64,000 nt of DNA from an uncultured Christensenella sp. GTDB lineage: Bacteria; Bacillota; Clostridia; Christensenellales; CAG-138. Each line of letters starts with the position of its first letter. Positions within the stretch are counted from its first letter, which is position 1. The stretch is taken from NCBI GenBank assembly GCA_964383635.1, contig CAYLIG010000006.1, forward strand, positions 145,458 to 209,457, read 5' to 3'. This document shows, piece after piece, positions 37,973-47,375 of the stretch. Position numbers and translations under genes: made by a program. The notes below the pieces were generated by a model. That model was not told the origin of the DNA, did no database searches, and was given only the letters and a program-made list of their open reading frames with translations.

Positions 37973-39235
37973 CTACACAAGCATATCGTAAAGCGCTGCG
38001 AACTCCTCATGATTGGCGAGCAGCAAATCCGCGAGTACGGGATCAAAATGAATTCCCCGACCCTCCTGGATGATTTCAAGGCTTTTTTCATGCGTATACG
38101 CGGGTTTGTAGACGCGTTTTGAGCGCAACGCATCATAGACGTCCGAAAGCGCCATAATGCGCGCAGAAATCGGGATTTCTTCGCCCTTAAGTCCGGACAG
38201 ATATCCGCTGCCGTCCCACTTTTCATGATGATAGCGCGTGATATCGAGTCCCATCTGGATAAACGCGTTGTTTGTATAGCACTTGTCCACGCTTTTCAGC
38301 GTCAGATAGCCAATTTCGACATGCGTTTTCATAACCGCGAATTCTTCCGGCGTCAGTTTATCCGGCTTGAGCAAAATCGAGTCCGATATGCCGACCTTGC
38401 CGATGTCGTGCAGAGGACTTGCGCGGTAAATTGTCGCAGTATACTCTTCGTTGATAACCGTCCTGTATTGTTCCAGCTCTTTCGCCTTTTGCGCCAGCAG
38501 CCGGCAAAAGCTCGCCGTCCGCTCGATATGCGTGCCCGTATCGTCGTCCCGGGATTCGGCCAGTTTTACCAGCGCGAACGTCGTTGCCATCTGCGCCTCG
38601 GATATCTCTTTTACCTTGGCGGATACCATCTCTTCCAGATGTTTGCTGTACAGTTCCAGTTTATCCTCCGCCTCTTTTGCCGCGGTGATATCCTGCAATG
38701 TTCCATAGCTGCGAAGCGGTTTATCATACGCATCAAATTCGGTGAACAGCCGCGCGTGCACCCAGTGGATGCTGCCGTCATCCAGCAGCAGCCGGTAACG
38801 CGCTGTCCACGGTTCTTTTTGCGTTTGAAGACGCCGAACAATCTCTTCCACCTGATTGCGGTCGTCCGGATGTATTTTGCTTAAGTAAAGATCGACCGAT
38901 CCGGGGGTTGATTCGTCGACGCCAAGGATCCGGTTCAGCGAGCTTGACCAGCTTTGCTCCCCCGTGACATAGTCCATATCCCAGCGTCCAAGCTGCGCGA
39001 TATTATGCGCCTCACTCAGCATCTTTTCGCTGTGTTTGAGCTGACCTATCGTTTTTTCCAGACGCGCCGCAATTTCCGAGTGGCTGAGAATCAAGCTCTT
39101 AAACAGCTCGTGCTGTATCGCGTTGTCGACAATCTCCGCGAAACTTTCGAGCACTTCAAGCGAGGCGGCAGGATCTGCTTGCCCCCCGTGATAAGCGTAT
39201 TTCGCATTATGGCCTGTCATGCTCTGTTCGATCAT
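37973..39235 (-). CDS. PAS-domain HD-GYP phosphodiesterase (c-di-GMP)
   Basis: PAS region (WDMDYVTGEQSWSSSLNRILG...IHPDD); HD motif PLHDIGKVGI; HHEKWDGSGYLSGL (HD-GYP signature). Confidence 0.85.
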   Translation of the reverse strand: MIEQSMTGHNAKYAYHGGQADPAASLEVLESFAEIVDNAIQHELFKSLILSHSEIAARLEKTIGQLKHSEKMLSEAHNIAQLGRWDMDYVTGEQSWSSSLNRILGVDESTPGSVDLYLSKIHPDDRNQVEEIVRRLQTQKEPWTARYRLLLDDGSIHWVHARLFTEFDAYDKPLRSYGTLQDITAAKEAEDKLELYSKHLEEMVSAKVKEISEAQMATTFALVKLAESRDDDTGTHIERTASFCRLLAQKAKELEQYRTVINEEYTATIYRASPLHDIGKVGISDSILLKPDKLTPEEFAVMKTHVEIGYLTLKSVDKCYTNNAFIQMGLDITRYHHEKWDGSGYLSGLKGEEIPISARIMALSDVYDALRSKRVYKPAYTHEKSLEIIQEGRGIHFDPVLADLLLANHEEFAALYDMLV

Positions 39236-40047
39236 ATCTTCTTCTCCGCAACCAGCGCGTCGATGCCGACATACCGCATGCGCCGCAGATGATCGATTAC
39301 AATCTTCGCATCCGTGCGGCTGCGAATGATGCTCCCGTGCTGTGGTGCAATCCGCTCATAATCGATCGATTCGATGACGTCGAGCGCGTGCTGCAACGCC
39401 GCTTTAGACGTCATGATTCGTTTGTGAAACTGTTCGATCCCGTACAGGGGATTTCTCTTCGCTTCCGGCGAAGGATTGGTTGCATCCACAGGTAATTCAT
39501 CGACAAGTTCCAAATAAAGCTGCCAGTTTTCATTATAACTTCCAAACAGGTCGCTCGAAAACAGTGTTTTTGTCTTTGTATCAAAAGTGACGAAGCTCCC
39601 GGGCGAATGGCAAAATGGCGTGCCGTAGAATTCCAGGGTTCGTCCGGATTCAAATACATACTTGCTCTCAATCGAGTGATAGTCGATTTTCGGCGTCCGT
39701 TTCGAATAATATTGGATGAATAAATTGTTCTCTCTCTGCGAGATGATACGCAGATCTTTCGAGTCTATAATCGCCTCAAGCTGCGGCAGATTGCCGCACA
39801 GATCCGGATCGTAGTGATGATAGATCAGACGTTTGATTTGTGTCGGCTTCAATCCCGTACGAAGTATTTTGAGCATCACATGGCTGAAGTCATCCCGGCT
39901 TCCGCCGTCGAGAAGAACCGCTTCATCTCCTTCGCGAATTAAATATGGGTTGCAATGCAGTTCCGCGCGATCGTGTTCATATCCGAGCCAGAAAATTCCG
40001 TCCGCAATTTCGACCGGATTGATATCAACTTGCTTCGCCTGCTCCAT
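39232..40047 (-). CDS. metallo-beta-lactamase-fold di-iron protein, flavodiiron N-domain / ODP-like, no flavodoxin domain
   Basis: VEIADGIFWLGYEHDRAELHCNPYLIREGDEAVLLDGG resembles the N-terminal di-iron domain of FprA-type proteins; YHHYDPD metal motif. Its stop overlaps the HD-GYP start (ATGA). RBS ggaggag. Confidence 0.7.
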   Translation of the reverse strand: MEQAKQVDINPVEIADGIFWLGYEHDRAELHCNPYLIREGDEAVLLDGGSRDDFSHVMLKILRTGLKPTQIKRLIYHHYDPDLCGNLPQLEAIIDSKDLRIISQRENNLFIQYYSKRTPKIDYHSIESKYVFESGRTLEFYGTPFCHSPGSFVTFDTKTKTLFSSDLFGSYNENWQLYLELVDELPVDATNPSPEAKRNPLYGIEQFHKRIMTSKAALQHALDVIESIDYERIAPQHGSIIRSRTDAKIVIDHLRRMRYVGIDALVAEKKI

Positions 40048-40332
40048 TTCCGTCTCCTCCGATTGCACTGAACTTGCGAAATCATAGTCACGCATTTTTC
40101 GCTCGTTTGTTCTGATGTAACATTTTTGGCTGAAATTTTGCTCGAAACGCCAATGTGTTTGCTCGCTTACCCTTTTATTTTGTACAATTTATCATGTAAT
40201 TCTTAGTCTATCGCGTGCAAAAACAGAAAGCAAGTCGTTTTATGCAACATTATGTTAAAAATACGGTTCTTTTTATTTGTTATGTTGTCGAAGATTAATT
40301 TCTCGAAATTTGTAACTTTTTGATTGAAAAAT

Positions 40333-41217
40333 CTAACTTCCGGAATCCCCAACGCGAAGGCGAACCAGCAGATCCAGCGCGGTCTGCCGCATATATCCGG
40401 AAAGAAGAACCCCGCCGATGTTCATCTGCTCCAGCGCGCGATCAGCCGCAGCGATCATCGACGCGCGCGCCGATTCCCCGCCCGCCTGCGTCAGTTTTCG
40501 TTCAACCGCCGCCAGCGTTTCGTCGCCGAGCGCGAGCGCGGAAACGGGCTGTCCGGCGAGCGCGCAAAGCGCCGCCATCTCCGCCGCGGGCAGAAACAGG
40601 TTGACAAGCAGATCTATGTAGTCCTTGTAATACCGCTTGTACAGCGCGCGGAGGGCGTCCGCCGGAAACGCGCGCAGAAACGCACTCTCCGCCAGCCACC
40701 GCCGCAGATATTCCAGCAGATATTCCACGCCGCTCAGCGTGTCCGGCACGGGATGGCAGAGCGGATAGTCAAACGAGCAGGGGATCTCCTGCGCAAAAAA
40801 ATCCGCGTCGTATGCTCTGAAGAAACCGCCGATGGCGTCGATGGAGTCCACAAACGCTGTGTTCACCACCGGCGGCTGCATGCGCTGCGCTTCTCTATAC
40901 AGGAATTTTGCCCGCTTTGCGAGGCGCTTTGCCTCCTGCACACCCGCCTGCCAGCGCAGACGAAGCGGCGCATCCCCCGCCGACTCCTGCAAGGGGCTGT
41001 TTCGCTGCAGTCTCAGGCAGTATAGAATTCCCTCCAGCAAACGACTTGCCGTCTCCACCGGTATGGACGTGCTGTCCCCCATGGTATAGCGGGCGGCGCG
41101 CTCCTGCAAAAGCGCAAACAGCTCCCCGGGATTTTCCTCGTATAGAGGGGTATCCTTTAAAGCAGGCGGTAACACTTCATTCGTCGTCAAGTTCGTCCTC
41201 CCAGGCGTCGTTTTCAT
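40333..41217 (-). CDS. conserved hypothetical protein (helical, 294 aa)
   Basis: Long ORF with normal composition; the 5' end overlaps the upstream gene by 41 nt (or an internal non-ATG start is used). I recognised no motif with confidence. Confidence 0.55.
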   Translation of the reverse strand: MKTTPGRTNLTTNEVLPPALKDTPLYEENPGELFALLQERAARYTMGDSTSIPVETASRLLEGILYCLRLQRNSPLQESAGDAPLRLRWQAGVQEAKRLAKRAKFLYREAQRMQPPVVNTAFVDSIDAIGGFFRAYDADFFAQEIPCSFDYPLCHPVPDTLSGVEYLLEYLRRWLAESAFLRAFPADALRALYKRYYKDYIDLLVNLFLPAAEMAALCALAGQPVSALALGDETLAAVERKLTQAGGESARASMIAAADRALEQMNIGGVLLSGYMRQTALDLLVRLRVGDSGS

Positions 41218-41653
41218 CGGTCGCTTCCCCCAGCCGACGCGCGCGGCAGATCGCCTCCAGCGTCGTTCCGGTCACCGCGTCCACGGAACCGTCGTAAGCG
41301 TCGTATCGAACGCGCATGGCGGCGATCAGCTCTTCGTCCGTAATCTGATCCCCGCAGGCGTTTTTAAAGTAGTAGAACGCGTCAATCAACTCATACAGTG
41401 TCGCTTCATATTCCTCCTGCAGTAAAAAAGGTGAGTCACAAAACCCTTCCATGATCGCCTGCACCGCGCTTGCGCCGAGCTCCACGCGCCCGTGATCGAT
41501 CAGCGCGTGTGAGCGCGTCTTTGCAATCTCCTGCATCGCGCGCTCGCTCAGCGTGAGCCCAAAGCGCGCCGATACTTCGTTTGCCGCGCGCAGTTGCGCT
41601 AAAAACTGCCGCTGCATCGTCGGCATCAAACCGATATCTGTTTCATCCTGCAT
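41177..41653 (-). CDS. conserved hypothetical protein (158 aa, acidic C-terminus)
   Basis: Strong RBS gggaggg; helical sequence; tail NDAWEDELDDE. Confidence 0.6.
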   Translation of the reverse strand: MQDETDIGLMPTMQRQFLAQLRAANEVSARFGLTLSERAMQEIAKTRSHALIDHGRVELGASAVQAIMEGFCDSPFLLQEEYEATLYELIDAFYYFKNACGDQITDEELIAAMRVRYDAYDGSVDAVTGTTLEAICRARRLGEATDENDAWEDELDDE

Positions 41654-41833
41654 CTATTGTCCCTCCCGTACAGTCCAGCTTATCCTTTCAGGCAAGCGCA
41701 TACAAGCCTTGAAAAAAAGCCCGATTTGTGCTATAGTATCATCATAAAATCAATAGAACAGCTGCGGTGATTCCGCAGTTTTTTTGTTTCCATGCCCGCT
41801 GTACTTCATCCGCCTGCTATGGTACACTGCGAT

Positions 41834-42481
41834 ATGATGAAACAGGATATCAAGAAACTTCCCCTCACAGCCTGCGAGGATATTGAGGCTATGTTTTCCC
41901 GCGCAAGCGACGACGAGACGGACATCGAATATGTCCTCTTTGAAAATCTCGCGCTCGAAGGCGGATCGTTCCCCGGGCTCACGTTTCGCGGCTGCCGGTT
42001 CTCCGGCTGTCGCATTTCCGGCTGCGCGCTGGAGCGGGTGGCGTTTATCGACTGCACGCTGGAGCATTGCGACCTGTCCAATACGGCGATGCTAAAAGGA
42101 ACGCTGCAAAAAACGCGCGCGACGGACTGCAAGTTCGTCGGCGTTGCGCTCGCCGAATCGTTTCTGCTCGACGCGGCGTTCGATCGCTGCACCGCGCGTT
42201 ATATCAATTTTTTCCGCTCAAAAATGCGCCATGGTCGGTTTTCCGACTGCGATTTGTCAAACGCATCGCTATCCGGCTGCACGCTTTCGTCAACGTCCTT
42301 TTCCAAATGCCTGCTCGTTCGCGCGGAACTGTTTGAAACATCGTTCTCCGGCATGGATCTTTCAAACAGCGATCTTTCCGGCATATCGCTTGGCGGCGGC
42401 GAGCTTCGCGGCGCGCACGTCAGCCTGGAACAGGCGGCGATGCTCGGCCAGCTGCTCGCGGGTGTGATTGTGAAAGAATAA
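41834..42481 (+). CDS. pentapeptide-repeat protein
   Basis: Runs of A(D/N)LxX-type pentapeptides (FRGCRFSGCRISGCALERVAFIDCTLEHCDLSNTAM...). Confidence 0.8.
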   Translation: MMKQDIKKLPLTACEDIEAMFSRASDDETDIEYVLFENLALEGGSFPGLTFRGCRFSGCRISGCALERVAFIDCTLEHCDLSNTAMLKGTLQKTRATDCKFVGVALAESFLLDAAFDRCTARYINFFRSKMRHGRFSDCDLSNASLSGCTLSSTSFSKCLLVRAELFETSFSGMDLSNSDLSGISLGGGELRGAHVSLEQAAMLGQLLAGVIVKE

Positions 42482-42496
42482 CCCCCAATTTTCAGC

Positions 42497-42536
42497 AAAA
42501 AAAAGCGCGGACAGCCGTCCGCGCTTTCACATTTTC
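42497..42536. terminator. bidirectional terminator between convergent genes
   Basis: A-run, then stem aaagcgcggac / gtccgcgcttt with a 4-nt loop, then a T-rich tail. Confidence 0.8.
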
Positions 42537-42542
42537 TCCGGT

Positions 42543-43667
42543 TCAGAATGGGAACGTCACGGTGATGAGATTCGATTTGAGCACGGTCTGCCAGTCGTCG
42601 ACGCGATACACCCGTACCGTGAAACTCATTGTTTCGAATTCGTCAATTTTATTGGTCTGCAAATCGTCGCTGGAAAACGAAATCTCCGTGTAGGCGACCG
42701 TTCCGTCCGACAGCGTGCAGTAAAACAGCGGATCGACCATGAATCCGTTGACAGAAACACCCTCTAGGCTTACTGCGATATCTTTCCCTGTGTGATTCTC
42801 AAGAAAAACGCCAATATCTTTTCCCCAGATGCTGACTTCCGGGCCGGAGCGCAGCACAAAACGCAATCCGTTTTGATCCAGCACGGTCAGGCCGCTGTCG
42901 TCGAAAGTCTGTTCCCCTTTCCCCGCGGCGTTCGTCGTTATGGTGAGTCTTTCCGATTGCACGATCGTATCATAATTACTGGAATCGTATACCACAAGTT
43001 TCAGCTCGACGGTCCGGATCGTTTGGATCCCCGCTTTCGACAGATCTTCAGAATAAAACGAGATGGCGCTGTTTGCTTTCATGCCCGCGGCCACATCGCA
43101 GTAAAGCAGCGATGATACCATGGCACCGTTGACGGCGACATTCTCCGCTTGAACAACAACCGATAAATCTGTGTCGTTTTCAATCAACAGGTTGATCTCC
43201 GGCCCCAGCCACGCATCCTCCGACAGCCCCGTCGCCGTCACACGGATGCCTCCCTGGTTCAGCAGCACCATTTCCTCAATAGCGAGAGGCTCATCCGGCT
43301 CATCTGTTTGTGCAAACGGCAGGCTGATTCCCGAATCGCTCGCAGCTTGCTCCTGCGTAACCTCCGGCGCTTCCGTAGCGACCGCCTTCGTTTCTTCCGT
43401 CTCAGCATCTGTTTGGAGCGCCTGAATCATCCCGTCTTCCGCCTTTTGGTCGTTGTCCGAACCCGCTCTCGGCAGAAACGCCGCAACCAGAATCAGAGCG
43501 ACGGCAATCAACGCCCAAAACCACCATTTTTTCACCAGCGGTTTCTCTTTTTCCGGCGGTGCGCTCTGGGGCTGCTGTCTCATTGGCTGCCAGTTTGGTT
43601 CTCTTGGCGTACCGCAGTTCGGACAAAAGTTCCCCTCATAATCCCTGCCGCAGTTTTGGCAATACAT
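42543..43667 (-). CDS. zinc-ribbon, single-TM protein with duplicated extracytoplasmic domain
   Basis: MYCQNCGRDYEGNFCPNCG; TM segment WWFWALIAVALILVAAF; two similar ~120-aa domains (...VVQAENVAVNGAMVSSLLYCDV... / ...VSLEGVSVNGFMVDPLFYCTL...). RBS gggggaaaa. Confidence 0.7.
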   Translation of the reverse strand: MYCQNCGRDYEGNFCPNCGTPREPNWQPMRQQPQSAPPEKEKPLVKKWWFWALIAVALILVAAFLPRAGSDNDQKAEDGMIQALQTDAETEETKAVATEAPEVTQEQAASDSGISLPFAQTDEPDEPLAIEEMVLLNQGGIRVTATGLSEDAWLGPEINLLIENDTDLSVVVQAENVAVNGAMVSSLLYCDVAAGMKANSAISFYSEDLSKAGIQTIRTVELKLVVYDSSNYDTIVQSERLTITTNAAGKGEQTFDDSGLTVLDQNGLRFVLRSGPEVSIWGKDIGVFLENHTGKDIAVSLEGVSVNGFMVDPLFYCTLSDGTVAYTEISFSSDDLQTNKIDEFETMSFTVRVYRVDDWQTVLKSNLITVTFPF

Positions 43668-43886
43668 CGCTTTTCCCCCCGTATGTCGTTGTATGAATGG
43701 CTGTACTGAGCATAACACGCAAATCGTCTGCTGACAAATGTATTTCGCTTCATTGGGTCAAGCCTTTGCGTTACTGTGCGCTTGTTACACAGCCGAAAGC
43801 CCGATGATTGTTTTTGAAAGTGTATCAATGGTATAATTAGTAATCGAATGCATCTTGCATTTAAACCGATATTGGAGGAAAAAAAG

Positions 43887-44705
43887 ATGAGAAAATTTCT
43901 TGCCATACTGTTATCTCTCATTTTGGCCGCGGCGCTCTTCACCGGCTGCGCCAAAGCAAAGGACGCGGAACAATCCGCCGAAGAAGCGATTGTCCAAGCG
44001 GCGGAAGGCATCGCCGAGGAAGCGTCCGACTCTGCGCAAAGCGCGGCGCAGGCCGCCTCGGACTCCGACACCGCGTCTGCGTTTTACATTGCTTATATCG
44101 ATGCAAAAACCGCGGTACTCAATCGGATTATGGACGGGCTGACCAATAACCCCGACACGATGATGTCCGCATTATCGTTTCTTGGCATAACGATGAGCGA
44201 CCTGTATCTGCTGCCCGCCACCTATTTCGGTCTCGGTGAAACATCCGTCACCGCGGCGCTCGCCATGATGGGCGGCAAGGACGTAACCTATGAAGAAAAC
44301 GGCAACACATATACCGTTCGCTATAAGAACTCCGACGACAGCGAAGCCGTGTTTACGGGCACTTACGCCAAGGGCAAGTCGCTCATCAGCGTCGGCTCGA
44401 CCAGCGGCGTTGAAAACGTCTTCTCCGAAATTTACCGCACGTCGTTTGGTTACAACGCGCAGTTTTACTTCATCTCCGACGACGGCACCGCAACGCTCTA
44501 TCAAATTTCCATCAGCGGTGAAAACGGCGTGATCGGCATCACGACCGGCGGCGACCGCCCCGCGGCGCTTTCCGGCTCCGAAGCGGCAGATTTTCCGAAG
44601 GCCGCCAAGGAGTGGTATGCCATCGACGGAGACACGATCACCGGCATGAATTCCGACGGGGAAGCGGTCAACTTTGAATACGTACCTTCGGAAACCGAAG
44701 GCTGA
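43887..44705 (+). CDS. lipoprotein, function unknown
   Basis: RBS ggaggaaaaaaag; lipobox MRKFLAILLSLILAAALFTGC. Confidence 0.7.
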   Translation: MRKFLAILLSLILAAALFTGCAKAKDAEQSAEEAIVQAAEGIAEEASDSAQSAAQAASDSDTASAFYIAYIDAKTAVLNRIMDGLTNNPDTMMSALSFLGITMSDLYLLPATYFGLGETSVTAALAMMGGKDVTYEENGNTYTVRYKNSDDSEAVFTGTYAKGKSLISVGSTSGVENVFSEIYRTSFGYNAQFYFISDDGTATLYQISISGENGVIGITTGGDRPAALSGSEAADFPKAAKEWYAIDGDTITGMNSDGEAVNFEYVPSETEG

Positions 44706-44730
44706 ACAACGCGGAACCTATCGTGTACCC

Positions 44731-44765
44731 GGAGCGCTCCTTCTCAAAGGGGCGCTCCTTTCTTT
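44731..44765 (+). terminator. intrinsic terminator after the lipoprotein gene
   Basis: ggagcgc / gcgctcc stem followed by tttcttt. Confidence 0.65.
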
Positions 44766-44972
44766 ATAAGAATGGTTCGCAATGTTGAAAAATTTGTCAA
44801 AATCCGTTTCAAAATCGTAACACGCCGTTGATGCCACGTTCATGATTCTCTGGTAGTATATACATGCTCGGGAAAAGAGCGGCGCAGTCGAACTCCACCG
44901 ACATCATTTTTCCTTTTACGTGACAGATTCCTAACCCCGGGAACTAAAAAAGAAACAAGCCGTATCAACCCG

Positions 44973-45008
44973 AAAAGGACGTCCTGTGAAGGACGTCCTG
45001 TCAATTTT
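44973..45008 (-). terminator. terminator after hppA, built from two tandem copies of the palindrome AGGACGTCCT
   Basis: aggacgtcctgt is repeated at 44976 and 44990 (14-nt period). Each copy is self-complementary and the two also pair with each other. T-runs flank the element on both strands. Confidence 0.6.
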
Positions 45009-45033
45009 GGAGATTTTTCGGATAACTGGAGCT

Positions 45034-47127
45034 TCAGAAAATCGAAATTGTGAGAAACAGCGTGCTCATCAGCGAGGCGACCAGCGATACGACCGTGATC
45101 TGCGTGTTCAGCGACGGACCGGCGGTGTCCTTGAACGGATCGCCGACGGTGTCCCCGACGACCGCGGCCTTGTGCGCGTCGCTTCCCTTGCCGCCCTCGT
45201 GGCCGCTTTCAACATACTTCTTGCCGTTGTCCCAGAGTCCGCCGGAGTTACTCATAAACAGTGCGAATAGTAGTCCGCTGACGATATTGCCGCAGAGGAA
45301 CCCGCCGATGGCCGACACGCCGCCGATGAATCCCACGACAAACGTCGCGATGATCGCCATCAATCCCGCGGGAATGAGCTCTTTGAGCGCGCCCGCCGTC
45401 GCGATTTCGATGCACTTGTCGTACTCCGGCTCCACGCCCGGGTGTCCTTCTTTCAGGCCGACGATCTCCTTGAACTGGCGATGGATTTCGGCGACCATGC
45501 GCTGCGCGTTGCGGTCGACGCCGAGCATCAGCATCGCCGAAAACACGACCGGAATCGCCGCGCCGACAAGCAGGCCGAAGAATACCATCGGGTTCATGAT
45601 GTCGAAGTTTGTAATTCCCGTTAAGCCGAGTTCGGCGGCGGCGGTGTTGACCTCGCTCATAAACGCGCCGAGCAGCGCGATGACGGTAAGCCCCGCAGCC
45701 GCGATGGCAAAGCCTTTGGTCACGGCCTTGACGGTATTGCCCGCGGAGTCGAGCTGGTCGGTAATCTCCAGAACGTCGTCGCCCAGATCGCCCATCTCCG
45801 CAAGGCCGCGCGCGTTGTCCACAATCGGGCCGTACGCGTCGTTGCTGACGATCATGCCGACGATGGAGAGCATGCCCACGGCGGCCATGGAGATGCCAAA
45901 GAGCGCATATTGCACGGTTTGCGCGGGATCGACCGCCAGCGGCGCGCAGAGCTTATATGCCGTAAACGCAGCCACGCCGATGCCGACCATGGCGGGCAGC
46001 ACACTCAAAAGGCCGTAAGAGATGCCGGAGAGAATCGTAAACGCAGGCCCGGACGCGCTGGCGTGCGCGACGAAATGCACGGGTTTCCTGGAGTCGTCCG
46101 TAAAGTAGTCCGTGGTCAATCCGATGATGACGCCGACGGCCAGGCCGACGATGCAAGCGCCCCAGATCCGCCAGGAATAGCGAAAGAGGTACGTCGCCGC
46201 CGCGGTCAGCGCAACGTATACGGCGGTTGTAACATAGGTGCTCGAGTTGAGCGCCCGGGTTGGGTTGCCGTGTTTTCCGATTCGCGCGGTCATAACGCCG
46301 ATGATGGACGCAAGCAGCCCAAGAGCCGCGAAGACGAACACCATCTCCACATTTTTCCCGCTCAGCTTTCCGTCCAGCGCGCTCGCCATAACGAGCGCGG
46401 CCGCCATGGACGCGACATTGGAGTCGAACAGGTCCGCGCCCATGCCCGCGACGTCGCCGACGTTGTCGCCGACGTTATCGGCGATGACGGCAGGATTGCG
46501 CGGGTCGTCCTCCGGAATGCCAAGCTCAACCTTGCCGACGAGATCCGCGCTGATGTCCGCGGTCTTCGTAAAAATTCCGCCGCCCGCCTTGGCAAACAGC
46601 GCAAGCGAGCTCGCGCCAAAGCTGAAGCCGAGGACAATCGTCGGATCTTTTGTCACAAGATAGACGAGCGCTACGCCGAGCAGACTCGCGCCGACAACGG
46701 CCATGCCCATAACGGCGCCGCCGCGGAATCCAACCATGAACGACGGCTTGATTCCGTGCCTTGCGGCCTCTGCGGCGCGTCCGTTGGCGATGGTCGCAAC
46801 CTCCAGACCAATCTTGCCCGCAACAGCGGAGAACGCCGTTCCGAAGAGATACGCCACAACCATCCAGATGTTTTGCGAGCCATTGCCCTGCCAGATGGGT
46901 TTGGGTAAAAAGACAACGATCAACACGGCGGCGACACCGGCAAACCGGGCGAGCACGAGGTATTCCTTTCGCAGGAATGTGCGCGCACCCGCCCGGATCA
47001 GTCCGGTTGCCTTGATGATTTTCTGGTTTTCGCAGGGTTGACGTCTGACCCAAAGGTAGAGCCAAACAGCAAACGCAAATGCCAGCAGCGTAACGAGAAT
47101 TGAACCGAACAGAAAGTATTGTTCCAT
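45034..47127 (-). CDS. hppA: membrane-bound ion-translocating pyrophosphatase
   Basis: About 16 TM segments; motifs GGIFTKTADISADLVGKVE, DNVGDNVGDVAGMGADLF and GDTVGDPFKDTAGPSLN. RBS ggagg is 8 nt upstream of the ATG at 47127. Confidence 0.92.
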   Translation of the reverse strand: MEQYFLFGSILVTLLAFAFAVWLYLWVRRQPCENQKIIKATGLIRAGARTFLRKEYLVLARFAGVAAVLIVVFLPKPIWQGNGSQNIWMVVAYLFGTAFSAVAGKIGLEVATIANGRAAEAARHGIKPSFMVGFRGGAVMGMAVVGASLLGVALVYLVTKDPTIVLGFSFGASSLALFAKAGGGIFTKTADISADLVGKVELGIPEDDPRNPAVIADNVGDNVGDVAGMGADLFDSNVASMAAALVMASALDGKLSGKNVEMVFVFAALGLLASIIGVMTARIGKHGNPTRALNSSTYVTTAVYVALTAAATYLFRYSWRIWGACIVGLAVGVIIGLTTDYFTDDSRKPVHFVAHASASGPAFTILSGISYGLLSVLPAMVGIGVAAFTAYKLCAPLAVDPAQTVQYALFGISMAAVGMLSIVGMIVSNDAYGPIVDNARGLAEMGDLGDDVLEITDQLDSAGNTVKAVTKGFAIAAAGLTVIALLGAFMSEVNTAAAELGLTGITNFDIMNPMVFFGLLVGAAIPVVFSAMLMLGVDRNAQRMVAEIHRQFKEIVGLKEGHPGVEPEYDKCIEIATAGALKELIPAGLMAIIATFVVGFIGGVSAIGGFLCGNIVSGLLFALFMSNSGGLWDNGKKYVESGHEGGKGSDAHKAAVVGDTVGDPFKDTAGPSLNTQITVVSLVASLMSTLFLTISIF

Positions 47128-47191
47128 CGTGCGATCCTCCAATATTTATTTTCTGCTGAGTTTACGGTTTATCTGCCCCCGCGATCAATCG

Positions 47192-47356
47192 CTACGCCTG
47201 CGTGTCAGACTGCTTCCGTTTTTTAGAGGATGCGGTCAGCAAATTGAGCAGCGTGATGACGAGGATGATGGCGCCCGTCACGATGAAGATGCCCAGCATG
47301 CCGAGGCCAAGGATTTTCATTGTTTCGTTGAAAGATGCAGCAGCTTCGAGATTCAT
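47192..47356 (-). CDS. OadG-like small membrane protein (54 aa; below the ORF-track threshold)
   Basis: My own translation of the minus strand: MNLEAAASFNETMKILGLGMLGIFIVTGAIILVITLLNLLTASSKKRKQSDTQA. RBS agaggagat lies upstream. It has one TM helix with the GxGMxxVF-like pattern of Na+-decarboxylase gamma subunits and sits between oadB and hppA. Confidence 0.55.
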   Translation of the reverse strand: MNLEAAASFNETMKILGLGMLGIFIVTGAIILVITLLNLLTASSKKRKQSDTQA

Positions 47357-47375
47357 GTGTGTATCTCCTCTCTTT

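Noticed and set aside
44976-45001. Tandem AGGACGTCCT palindromes as an operator or restriction-modification target
   Set aside because: Their position directly after the hppA stop, with flanking T-runs, is most simply explained as a terminator hairpin. No regulator or R-M gene is nearby.
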